Shown here: positions 10,999 to 22,827 of the stretch, piece after piece | Layout: the number at the start of each line of letters is the position of its first letter | Position numbering within the stretch: position 1 is the first letter of the stretch | From: Cyanophora paradoxa CCMP329 | Taxonomy: Eukaryota > Plantae > Glaucophyta | NCBI GenBank assembly: GCA_004431415.1 | Contig: QPMI01000588.1 | Coordinates: forward strand, 1-64,000 | Length of the DNA: 64,000 bases | Direction: 5' to 3' | Translations under genes and position numbers: made by a program | The notes under the pieces: generated by a model | What the model saw: the letters and a program-made list of their open reading frames with translations, nothing else | Told to the model about the DNA's origin: nothing | The model's database searches: none

Positions 10999-13900
10999 TC
11001 AAGACGGGGCGCCCTGGGGCGCGGGCGGCCCCCAGAACCCGCTCGCGTCGGCCTCGCGGACGGCGGCGTCGTCCCGCGCCTCCTGCCGCCCCCGCCGCCC
11101 GTGAGCGACGAGCCGGCGGCGAGGGCGGCGGGGCGGGGCGGGGCGGGGCGCACGCGGGGGTCGAGCTCGCCGGTGCCGCCCGGGGCGAGGAGGGCGCGCT
11201 TGACGGCCATGAAGACGGCCTTGGCGTGCAGCGGCAGCACCGCGTCCCCCAGCTGCCCCGCCGCGGCGGGCGGCGTCAGGGGGCGCCGGCAGAGCGAGCC
11301 GGGCGGGGCGGGGCGGGGCGGGCGGGGCGGGGCGGGCGGGGCGTGCCATCTGGACGACGCCGGCGTTGTTGTGGAGGCGGAGGGCGAGCTCGTACGAGTC
11401 GTCGAAGCTGGCCAGGCGCATGAGCTCCCGCACGGAGCAGGCCCGCCCGCCGCGCCGCTGCTGCAGCGCCGTCCCGCGCGTCATCGTGCACGCCTGCTCC
11501 TCGTCATCCTCCTCCTCCGACGACGAGCCCGCAGCACCCGCCCCGCCCTCTTCCTCCTCCTCCAAAAACTGCCCCGCCTCCTCCTCCTCCTCCTCCTCCT
11601 CGTCGCCGTCGCCCGCGTCTCTCCTGCCGGCGCCGGCGGTGGGCGGCGGCCGCCGCGGCCTGCGCCGCAGCGCGAGGGACGCGCACCGGGGCGGCGGCCC
11701 CTGGGCCACTGTGCCGGGGCGGCGTGCCTCATCGCCTCCCCGCGCTCCAGCAGCCGCCCCTCGGAGGCGCTCCACCGCTGCCGCTGCCCGTGAGGCGGCG
11801 CTCGCGGCCGGCGGCCGGCGCGCTCGCCCCCGGGGCGTACCATGAGTTTCTGATAGGCGTTCTTCGGCACCGCCGAGTAGCTCTGCGCGGGGTTAGTTTT
11901 GGGATCGACCGCTCGCTCGGGATCGACGGCGGGGCGGGCCAGCAAGTCGTCGGAGGGCGTCCTCGGGAGGTCGCTGTACGTCCTCAGGCAGGAGACGAGC
12001 TTGTGGAAGCTCTCCTCGCCCCGCTCCTTCCGGAAATCGTCGTCCAGGTCCACGAACGCCGACCCGAAGCTGCCCGGAAGTTAGGCTCCGGCGGAGGTGC
12101 GCGGCGGCCGCGCCGGCGGGAACGCGCACAGGTCCCGGCCCGCGACAGTCAGGATATCCTTTTTCGAGTCGTGGGTGATCGGGGGCGGGAAGGGGAGCTT
12201 GTACTGCGCGCCGAGTCAGACAGACGGGCGGCGTCGGGCGCGTGCACGGCCGGGCGGCGCACGTCGCCGGTAACGGCGACGACGAAGAGGCGGTAGCGGA
12301 TCTGGGCGGTGCCGACGTTGGCGGCCTTGGAGACGAAGGCCTGGACCTGGTACCCCCGCCGCAGGAGGCCCCCGACCAGGGCGTAGTAGACCTGCGCGGG
12401 GAGGTCTCGGCCCAGAGGGCAGGGCCGGGGCGTCGTTGCAGGTCGGGAACAAAGGCGACCTCGCCGGGGTCGTGGTGCTCCGAGCGCCGGTTCGTGAGCA
12501 TGCCTGGTCGGCGCTCCGAGTGAGACGACGGGCGCCAGGCGCCATGGAGGGCGCCGGGGTGCGCGGACCCGTGACGTTTTCGACGACGACGAGGCTGAAC
12601 TTGAAGAAGTCGGCCTGCAAGGCGGGTGATCATGAGGGGCGCGCCGCGCGGGCTCGAGCGACCAAAGCAAACAAGGGGCGAGCCAGGTCGAGGACGAGTG
12701 CGATGGAGGCGAGGCCGGCCTCGACCGTCTTCTCCGTCATCTTCCCGGAGTTGGCGATGCTGTTGGGCTGGCAGGGCGGCCCGCACACGCAGGCGTCGAA
12801 GGCCCCCGGGCCCGGGAAGCCGCCCTCGCCGGCCCTGCAGCGCCCCAGGAAGTCGGCGACGTCCATCCTGTGCCCCCCGAACTCCATCTTGCCCCTCCGG
12901 TCGAAGTTCCTGCTCGGGCGGGGCGGTCAGAGTCGGGGCGCCTCGACGGGGCGGCTCGGGGCGGCCCGGGCGGGGCGGACAGCTTGAAGGCGCTGGAGGC
13001 CTCCTCGCTCCTGTCCACGAAGCAGGTCGTGCGGAAGCCACCGGCGCGGGCCATTCCCGAGTGGAAGCCGCCGCAGCCCGCGAAGGGCTCCAGGACGCGC
13101 AGCGGCCTGTCGAAGCGGGCCCAGCCCTGCGCGACCCCGCGCCCCTCTGTTGGCCTGCGCGAGGACGCGGACGGGGGCCCGGGCGCACGTTGGGCGGGGG
13201 CGCAAGGCGGTATCGCTGGCGGTGGATGTTGGCAATGTAGACCCTCTCGACGCGCGGCGGCGCCTGGCCGAGGCTGGGCTCAGCGAGGACCATGCGTTCG
13301 ACTGCGAGCAGGGACCGGGGCACCGCATGGACGGCGATGCGCTTGACGCTGCACCAGTCAAAGACGCGCTCCATTACGAAGAAGGTGCCGTCCTCCGACG
13401 GATCCTTTGCCGCGTCCGGCTGCGCTGCCGGGGCCTTGCCCTTGCCCATGCCCTTGCCCGCCCTGGGGCCGAGGTTCTCGGACGCCTTCTTCGCGGCGGC
13501 CCGCTTCGACTTGAGCACGCGCGGGCGGCGGGCCGCCGCCTTGCGCTTGCCCGACTTCGTCTGGCGAGGCCTCGAATTCTGCTCGCGCGCCGACTGCTTC
13601 TCGTTCTCCTCCGCCTCCTCGAGCTTACGCTCCTGGAGCTGCGCCCCGCCCGATCAGGGCTCACAGGGAGGAGAATCGTTGTCGGCGAAAGTTCGGGCGC
13701 CTGTCCAAAGGTCCAGAGGAACTGCCCCGCAATCCTCAACGAGCCGCTCGGCGTCTCGTAGATCTGCGGACAGGGTGACCACACACCGCGGCAAGCGAGG
13801 CGTCGCGATCGCGCGAGAGTGCCGCCCGACTCGCCTCCTGGACGAGGAACGGTTCGATCGCGTCGGGCCCCTGCACGCAGAGGACGTGGGGGCCCTCGGT

Positions 13901-16357
13901 CGTGAGGTCCACCATCACCTCGCCCTTGTTCTGCTCCCGACAGGTTCCATCGGCCGAGGTCGCTCACTGGGGGCGAGCGGGGCCGAGGCGTCCGCACCGT
14001 GCTCAGAGAGAAGCCCGGGTACCTCCACCCGCCCCCCTCGCGCTCGCTGCGCTCGCCGTGAATGAGGAGGTCGAAGCCGTCCTCTTCCTGCGCAAAATTT
14101 CGTGACGGGCAGGCCATGCCACGTCTGCGCCGGGGATCTTCGCACGTCGCCTGAAGAGTCCGATTCGTTCCCGAAGGTCGGCCTCGCGTACTCTCCCGGA
14201 TCGTTGCGGGTGGCGCGCCGCGCAAGCCCGTTCTCGTCCGCGTCCTCCGCCGCCCGCTCCTCCGCCGTGCGCCTGCGCCGGCGCGTGAGGACGCGCGCCG
14301 AGTCTGGCGGCCGTCCGGAGGGCCGTGCGCCCGCCGCGGACCGTCGCATGTACTCGGCGCGGGCGATCCACCTCTCGCCGGAGCCGCAGCTGCTCGGCTC
14401 TGGAGCTGGCGGGGCGTCCACGTCCTCGTCCTCCCCCGCTCCCTCGGGATCGGCCTCGGCCGCGGAGGCGGGCGACGCGGCGCGCTCAGATTCCGCGGCC
14501 GCCGGCCCCGGCCCGCCCTCCTCGTCGTCCGCGAGGAAGCCGAACCCGCCCTCCGCCGGCACGTCCGCCTCGACCTCGTCCACCTGGGGGCCGCGGGTCG
14601 GCCCCGGCGCCGCGGCGCGGCTCGGGATCGCGGGGGCGGGCGCCAACTGGCAACGAACCAACGGGACGAGCCCCACGTCGTCCTCCACGTCGGAGCCGGA
14701 GGGGCCGGCGGGCGCGGGCGCCTCGGGCGTGCTGTCGTGGACGCTGAGCGAAGGGGACTCGTCGACCTCCGGCGCTGCCGGCGCCCCGCGAGCCGCCCCT
14801 CCCCGCTCGCCCTCGTCGGGGGCGCCTCTCCGGCACCCGCCCTGGGCCTCCTGCGCCGCTCTGGGGGAGACGTGAGCGCCGCAGAAGCAGGCAGACGCTG
14901 GAGCGTGCGCGGAGGTGAGCGCACGGGGCTGGCAGGGCGGGCGTCGCCGGTCGCTCCTCCTGCTGCGAAGCGGACGTCCTTCGCCGCAGAATCGCCGCCG
15001 CCGCCCTCGGCTCCAGGCTGCGCAATATTAGATTCGGGCGCTGGTTGCCGGTGCGCGGAGCCAGCGGCGCACGTGAATGTCGGCTCCTGGGGCCCCTCCC
15101 GCGCCCGGGACCGCAGCTCCTCCTCCTCCTCGTTGTCCTCCCAGGAGACCCCGCTCGGCCCCGCCTGGGGCCCCGCCTCCCCAACCGCCTCCCCATCCGC
15201 CCCTGCCTCCTCGCCGACGGTCCTCGCCTTCCGCTTTGAGGGGCCTGCTGGAGATCTCAGCGGGCGCCCCGATGAACGCAAGATGGAAAGAGTACTCTGA
15301 CCTGCCCGGCCTGCGGGCGGCTGTGACGTCGACGGGGCGCCGGAGCTGGAGCCCGCGTCCGGCAGGGCTGGAGCGATGCGCCGCGGGCGGGATTTCGGTT
15401 GCCGCGGCGCCGGCGCCGCGCGCGCGAGCCGGGCAACGGGGGGCGGCCTGCGAAGCGTGCGCTGGACGCTGGGCTCCTGCTGGACGCTAACCTCCTTGCC
15501 TGCGTCGAGACCCAACGCACTGTTGATGCGCGAGGCCAGAGCAACGAGCTCTTCGCCGCTGCAGACGATACCCGCAGCCTCCAGTCGCTCTTTGATCGTC
15601 GGGAACAAAGATGGGCTGCCTTTCGCCTTCTTCTTGGGCGGATTCTCCCTGTTCTGCTTCCGCTTGCCGCACGAGGCGCAAGGACACCCATCGATTACGA
15701 ACGAAGGGAGGTCCACATCGGACAGGAACTTGTGCACGTAGTTCTTGATCTGCTCCTCGACAGATGCGCGGGCGGCCGCCTGCTCTTCCAACAGGTGCCG
15801 CGGCCGGTTCAAACGCTTTGGATCTGCTGCTAGAGCGGTCAGAGAGCGCGCGTAGTGTGCGAAGAGCGATCTAAGCAATCATCTTAAAACATCTAAACAC
15901 TCTCGAACAGACGCCAGTGGCCCGCCAGCCCTCCGAAGCCCCGACCACGCGAGGCGAATGTGGCCGATGCGGGACGAACGGAGACGCACGCGCGGGGGCC
16001 ACGCCGGCGGGGAGCTTCACGAGCACGTTGTGCTCTATGGGCTCTTGCGGTCGGGCTGGAATGTGGAAAGAGCACAGGTCCAGGGCGTTCGTGGCGACGG
16101 CGATGACGGCTGCGCGGTGCGTTTAAAAGCTGCAACGCTAGACGCGCGCGGGCAGGGGAAGCACCGCCGCAAGGCGACACCACCGCGTATGTGCCGGCTG
16201 CATCGACGTCGCAGAGCACGGGCGGGCTGACAAGGACTTTGTTGTCGGTTCCGTGCAGTACGACGCAGCCCAGGAGCGCGCGATCCGCGGACACCCGCCC
16301 GCTCGGCTGCAGCTCGGCGAGCTCATGCGGCTCGAGAACCCGCGCTCGCATCGCCAT
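10999..16357 (-). CDS. BAH-domain C5 cytosine DNA methyltransferase, divergent DNMT1/MET1-like (multi-exon)
   Basis: Motifs occur in order on the minus strand: I LRVLEPFAGCGG (~13103-13066), IV GPPCQ (~12783-12769), VI VVENV (~12580), VIII GYQV...GTAQIRYRLFVVA (~12360-12275), IX SVRELMRLASFDDSY (~11437-11393), X LGDAVLP (~11250). BAH-like IYETPSGSLRIAGQFLW...TFFVMERVFDW lies upstream. Start (16357) and N-terminal exons are less certain. Confidence 0.85.
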
Positions 16358-16661
16358 GGCTGGCCGCGCCACTGTAGCCCGGGTACAGCTTCTCAACCTT
16401 TCCCCTTCGGCTTTCCCTGAGCTCGAACGCCAAATTCGAGCACTGCAGCGAGTCGACCTGGCTACACTGCCAACGCTGGCCCGCGCCTGCGCCTGGCTCG
16501 TAGGCCCGCGCCTGGCGACGATTGGGCCCCGAAGCAGCCCAGCCACGCCACGCTCGACAGCCTGGACAGGCAACCTCGCATTACGCTGTGAGGCCCGCGG
16601 CACGCGCGAGCAAGGGACCCGCGCGCGTCCGGTTGCGACCCCACGTGCCTCTGCAACGACG

Positions 16662-17954
16662 ATGGCGCGACAGCTTATGCACACGAACACGAAGTTGCGC
16701 GGCGTGGTGCGGCCGCCCTGCCCCCTTCGCACGTCTCACGCGCGCGGCGCTAACCGTGCGCCACCATCCAGGTGTTCGGTGAGCGGGCTGCAACGATGTG
16801 AACGCCGCGCGGCGCTTACGTGCAGCGCGCCGCAGACATGGACGGCACTCTGACCTGCGACGGGGCTATCGACTTCGTGGAGATGCGCCGGAGGGCGGGG
16901 ATCCCCGGTGAGCCAATACGACTTTGGCTTGCGAGATCAATACGCTAGCTGACTCTTCCTTCAGACGGCCACGACATCCTGCAGGCGCGCCCACTCCCGC
17001 TCGCCGGCCGGCGCGCCCCGCGCCCTCCCGGCGGCGGCTGAGCGCGGGGTGCGCAGTACGTGCACGGGCTGCCGCCGGGCGAGCGGGAGCGCGTGATGGA
17101 CATCATCGACCAGGTCGAGGTCGAGGGTCACGAGCGGCGCGCCCCGCCCCCGCCCGCCCCCGCCCGCCCCCGCCGCCGCGCCCGGCCCGCGCAGCCTGCA
17201 GCTGGCAGCGGCGCCTCACGCCGGCGCGCGGACAGGCAGTCGCTGATGGAGGGACTGCACGACCTCCTGGGCTTCATCGACTCGGTCCGCCGCCGCCGCC
17301 GCCGCCGCCGGCCGGCCGGCCGGCCGGCCGTCCCCGCTCGCTCCTCCGCCCCGACACCGCCCGGGGCCCGGGGCGGGCGCAGAAAGGGCTGCGGCGGGGC
17401 CTGCTGACGCGGAACTCGCGTAAGAGCGTCGACGTCTTCCTCGCCATGTCCCGCGCCCACTTCTCCACCATCGTCACCCGTGACTTCGTCCCCACCAAGC
17501 CCCACCCCGGTGCCCCCGCCCCCGCGCTCGCTCATCCCAGCGAGTCGGCGGCGTCTGAGGCTGCGGCTCCGGCCGCCGGCCGGGCAGACCCGCTGCTGCA
17601 CATCGCGGAGACGTGGGACACGCCGCCCTCGAGCCTCGTCATGGTGGGCGACTGGGTCGACGACATCAAGTGCGGCAAGGCGGCCGGCGCCCACACGGTG
17701 GGCCCTCACACGGTCTTCCCTTGGGGTCTCTGCGGCTGACCCGGCGGCCCGCGCAGGTGATGATCCTGACGCCCAAGTCGCGGCCGCACGCCGACCTCGC
17801 CGACTTCGCTGTCGAGTCCCTCCCAGAGGCGCGCCCCGCCCCGCCGGCGCCCCGCCCCGCCCCGCCCCGCCCCGCCCCGCCCGCCCCGCGGCGTCCGAGC
17901 CGCCTCGTGCGAGCGCAGCTGCAGGAGCTCCTCGACAAGGTCTTCCACTTGTGA
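16662..17954 (+). CDS. HAD-superfamily hydrolase (multi-exon, includes a 7-nt micro-exon)
   Basis: Spliced motif I LRGV|VF|DMDGTLT, motif II GLLTRNS, KPHP, motif IV VMVGDWVDDIKCGKAAG. Stop at 17952-17954. Confidence 0.88.
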
Positions 17955-18419
17955 GGCGGCGCGCTCTTCGTCGCTAGGTACTGTAACCGAGTAGATCGCT
18001 AGGTACTGTAACCGATTATATGCAAATTTTCGCTTAGTAGATAAAGACCGTTTCGCTTAGTCCCAGACAAGCGCTTCTATGAACCTGCGGCTGTCCCGTC
18101 TAAGATTCGGCGGCTGCGCGTGAGCGCCGAGCGGGCGGCTATATAGCTATAGCTAGCGCTGCGAGTTGGCTATGGCGGGGCAGTTCACAGCGAACGAAGT
18201 CTGGGGGACGAGGCCGAGACGGGTACTGCAGAAGCGCGATCGACCTGATCGTCGGACGGCTGTGATCGCTGTGATCGTTCGATCTACGCACGCAGTGCAA
18301 GGTATGCGAGCGCTCAGGCCGTCCGTGTCACCGCCGGGTCCGATGTTGCGCGCAGCCTTTCCGAACCGGCCCGCACCGGACCGGGGCCACGCGAGGGCGG
18401 TCGGCTAGTCTCACACAGT

Positions 18420-21400
18420 ATGGCATCGCCGTTCGTCCCGATCCAGTCGCCCTCGGGCTTGCTGGCGATACCTGCCGGCACGCCCGGGTCGGGGACGCCG
18501 ACGGAGGGCGGGGTGCGGAGTGTTTGTGCTTCATGCGTCCCGCCGCTCCTGTTATGACGCGCGCGGCGCGCAGATACGCTCCGGGCGCAAGTCGACAACG
18601 TTCGCGCTTGCGAGCAAAGTCATCCTCGTCCTGTACCGTCTCCCCGTCATTCCGAAGAAGACCGAGAGCGGATGGACCTTCTCCTGGGATGAGGACGCGC
18701 TGTATCTTACGGGACAGGGCCTGCGCCGCGGGATACAGGTCCGCCGCCCCGCTCGCCCGCCCCGCGCGCCCGGGCGAGCGGCGGGGGCGCAGAGCAAGGC
18801 GAAGCTGGTGTGGATCGGGTACCCGAACGCGTACATTCCGCCGGCGGAGCAGGCGCAGGTGAAGGGGACGCTGGAGCGGGACTTCGGCTGCGTGCCGGTC
18901 TTCCTCCCGGACCAGCTCGTGCAGGACCACTACCACGGCTTCTGCAAGGAAACGCTCTGGCTCATGCTCCACAACATGACCGACTTCTCCAAGCCCGTCC
19001 GCCGCGACTTCAACCGCGCCCACTGGGAGGCCCGCCCCGCCCCGCCTGCCCGCCCCCGCCCCGCCCCCGCCCGCCCCGCGCCCCCGCCGAGGGCGCCCCG
19101 CAGGCGTACTGCAAGGTGAATCAGGCGTTCGCCGAGGCAATAGACGGCCACTACGGCCGGGACGGTCCGCCCGCGCCGCCCGCCCCGCCGCCCGCCCCGC
19201 CGCGCCCTTTGCCGAGGGGGCGGGCGGGGCGGGGCGGCAGACATCATCTGGATCCACGACTACCACCTGCTGGTGCTGCCGACGTACGTGCGGGCGCGGC
19301 AGCAGGCGGCGAAGATCGGCATCTTCCTCCACACGCCCTTCCCCACCTCCGAGGTCTTCCGCACCCTCCCCGTCCGCGACGAGGTGCAACCCCGCCCCGC
19401 CCCGCCCGCCCCGCCCCGCCCCCGGCGAGCCCCCCGCGCCAGATCCTGCGGGGGATGCTGAACGCGACGCTGGTCGGCTTCCACCTCTTCGACTTCGCGC
19501 GGCACTTCGTCTCCTGCTGCACGCGCCTCCTCGGCCTCCAGTTCGAGTCCCGCCGCGGCGGCTTCCTCGGCGTCGAGTACGAGGGCCGCCACGTCATGGT
19601 GCCCCGCCCCGCCCCGCCCCGCCCCGCCACGCCCCGCCCCGCGCCGCCTTCTCGCGCCGCCGCCGCCTCCGACGCGGCCGCCCCGCCAGGTGCGGGTGTC
19701 GCACGTGGGGTGCGACCCGGACCGCTTCATCCAGCGCCTCGACGCCCCCGACGTCCGCGAGGCGACCCGCGCCCTCGCCGACAAGTACCACGTGCGCCGC
19801 GGCGGCGCCGGCCGGCCCTGCCAGCCGCGCTCACGGGGGGCGGGGGCAGGACAAGCGCGTGCTGCTCGGGATCGACGACATGGACAAGCTCAAGGGCATC
19901 CCCCTCAAGCTGATGGCCTTCCAGTACCTCCTCCAGAACTACCGCTCCTGGGCCGGCAAGCTCGTCCTCGTGCAGATCGCGCTGCCCAAGTCGGCCCGCA
20001 AGGGCGAGACGGACGCGGTGCGGGAGGAGGTGCGCGCCCTCGTCGAGGCGATCAACGCCGAGTTCGGGCGGCCCGGGTACACGCCTGTCGAGTACGCGGA
20101 GCGCAACATCTCCTTCGACGAGCGCGTCGAGCTCTACAGGCGCCCCCGCCCTTGCTTGCTTTCCTGCTGCCGGCCCTTCCTCCTCTGCCTGATCCCGGGC
20201 CCCGCGCAGCATCGCGGACGTGGTGGTGAACACGTCGATCCGCGACGGCCTCAACCTCGTCCCCTACGAGTTCGTCTGCTGCTCCCGCGAGAAGTGCCCC
20301 CGCCCCTTCCCCCGCGTCTTCCTCGCCCCGCCCGCCCGCCCGGGCTCAGCGGCGCGGCGCGCGCGCGCGCAGGTCGGGGATGCTGGTGGCCTCGGAGTTC
20401 ACGGGCTGCTCCCGCTCCCTCTCGGGCGTCATCCTCGTCAACCCCTTCAACAGCGAGCAGGCTCGCCCGCCCCCCCGCCCGTCCCCGCCCTACCCACCCA
20501 TCCAAGCCGGGCCGAGCCGAGCCGCGGGCGCAGGTGGCGGCGGCGGTCGACAAGGCGCTGACGATGTCCCACGAGGAGCGCATCGCCAAGCACGAGAAGG
20601 ACTACGAGTGCGCCCCCCTCGCGAACGGCTCCTCGGCCGAGCGCGGCGCGGCCTGAGGCTCGCCGGCCGGCCGCAGGCACATCGCCGCGCACTCGACGAT
20701 GACCTGGGCCGACTCCTTCCTCGCCGACCTCGACAAGGCCGCCGAGAAGGCACGCACCCCGCCGCCTCCGCCTCCGCCGCCTCCGCCCCGCTCGCTTCGC
20801 CCCCGACGCTCGCGCTGACGTGAGGGGCGCCGCCAGGTGGACAAGCTGACGTTCCTCTCGCCGGGGATCTCCGAGGCCGGCTTCCGCGTGCTGGAGGTCA
20901 ACGAGCGCTTCGCGCCGCTCAACGTCGAGTCGGTCGTGCAGTCCTACAAGCGCTCCCGCCGCCGCCTCGTCCTCTTCGACTACAAGGGCACGCTCGTGCC
21001 CGTCGAAGAGCTCGCCGAGCTCTCCGTGCCGACCCGCGAGATCCTGCTCTCCCTCGAGCAGCTCTGCAAGGACCCCGCGAACACCGTCTTCATCGTCTCG
21101 GGCCACGAGCGCAAGATCCTCGACCTCTGGTTCCGCTCCGTCCCCTCCCTCGGCATCGCCGCCGAGCAGGGCATGTTCTACCGGTGCGACTCTCGCCCCC
21201 CCCCTCCCCCCCCCCCCCCATCCCATCCCCCTCCCTCCCCCACCCTCCGCCCCCCCCCTTCCCCCCCCCCCCCCCGCGGCCTTCTACCCTGCCCTCTCCC
21301 TCCTTCAACCCTTCCTTGTCTCTCCCCCCGCCCCACTTTCCCCTACCCCTCCCCACCCTCCGAACCTTCTACCCCCCTTCCTCCCCTACCCTCTCCCCCC

Positions 21401-22148
21401 CCCCTCTCCGCCTGAGGCCCCCGCCCGGCAGGCACTCGCCGGAGTCGCAGTGGCAGGTGCTGGCGCCGAACCTGGACCTGAGCTGGATGAAGCTGGCGCG
21501 GGACGTCATCGACATGTACACCGACCGCACGGACGGCACCTACGTGGAGACCAAGGAGTCGGCCCTCGTCTGGCACTTCGCCAACGCGGACGCCGAGTTC
21601 GGGGCGATGCAGGCCAAGGAGCTGCAGGAGCACCTCACCTCGGTCCTCGCCTCGCACCCCGTGCAGGTGGTCCAGGGCAAGGGCATCCTGGAGGTCAAGC
21701 CGCGGGGCCTCAACAAGGGCGTGATGGCGGACAAGCTGATGGCGGAGCTGCGGCAGGGGGCGGCCGAGCCCCTCGACTTCATCATCATCGTGGGGGACGA
21801 CCGCTCGGACGAGGACATGTTCGCGGCGCTGGAGAAGCAGTACCCGGCGCGCATCACCCGCTCGGCCTCGCAGCACGCCAACCTCGCCACGATGGCCGCC
21901 GACGCCGAGGCGGCCGCCCCCGGGGTGACGACCATCACGTGCACGGTGGGGAAGAAGCCCTCGCGCGCCCGCTACTACATCGACACCGTCCAGGACGCCA
22001 ACGACGTGCGCCGCCGCCGCCCGCGCCGCGCCGCCGCTCCCCGTTCGTCCCTCTGGGTGACGCCGCCGCGCAGCTCCTGCAGGCGCTCGCGGTCGCGTCG
22101 CGGCAAGTGCAGTCCCACTCGCGCTCCAACTCGGGCCGCGTCGCGTAG
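18420..22148 (+). CDS. TPS: Trehalose-6-phosphate synthase/phosphatase fusion, class II-like (about 15 exons)
   Basis: GT20 motifs YHGFCKETLW, IIWIHDYHL, IGIFLHTPFPTSEVFR, RDGLNLVPYE, SEFTGCS. C-terminal TPP domain VETKESALVWH, EVKPRGLNKG, VGDDRSDEDMF, CTVGKKPSRARYY. Confidence 0.93.
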
Positions 22149-22652
22149 CGGCTGTGCGTGCGCGGGGCGCCCGCGCGCGTCCCCCGCCCCGCCCCGTCCG
22201 AGGCCCCGGCCCCCATCCCCCGCTCCTTTTGGGTCTTTTGCATGCCACACTGTAGGTGTGATAGTCTGTAGCTATCCACGCCAGTTTTCTTCTAGTTACG
22301 GAAAGGTGGGTCCAAGCAACACGATCAGATATTGAAATGCATCATGATCATGGCATTTGAGAGAAATTGGAGGCTGTAGCGCGCTGCGCAGTGTTATTCA
22401 TTGCAATTGCGACTTCGGAAGGTTGCTAAGCTGCGCCGCATTGCGCAGTGACGCCGCAGTCATTACATTGAGCTCTTATTATTTTAATCAGAGTCTGCGA
22501 CTATACATATGGCATTTGCATAGGCGAACAAAACTACAAGCATAGCGAACAAAGACATTCATGCGCATGCCGCCCCGGCGGTGCTTGAACGGCTGACAAG
22601 TTGGTGACTCTTGGTGAAAATGGTTGGTCTTCAGCTGCAACGAAGTACCAAT

Positions 22653-22796
22653 CCTGACAAACTAGTACTACGATATTGATATTGATATCGATAACCAAAC
22701 CGATCATCGTTAAGCGCCTCGACGCCTGACAAACTAGTACTAAGATATTGATATCGATATCCAAACCGATCATCGTTTATAATTAGCGCCTCGGCG
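22653..22796. repeat. 72-bp tandem duplication just beyond the stop of the minus-strand gene
   Basis: CCTGACAAACTAGTACTA.GATATTGAT...CCAAACCGATCATCGTT..AGCGCCTCG.CG starts at 22653 and again at 22725. Confidence 0.85.
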
Positions 22797-22827
22797 CCGG
22801 CTCTAGATCTCCCTTGGGCGCCGGCGC

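Noticed and set aside
16353-16360. Overlapping ATGs on both strands (GCCATGGC) as shared start of the DNMT and an N-extended HAD
   Set aside because: Any CATG palindrome gives this. The extension has no support beyond an open frame, and 16662 is the simpler start.
17971-18015. 20-bp direct repeat containing TGTAA after the HAD stop, as a duplicated poly(A) signal
   Set aside because: The repeat is real, but TGTAA as the signal in this organism cannot be established from the few 3' ends in the window
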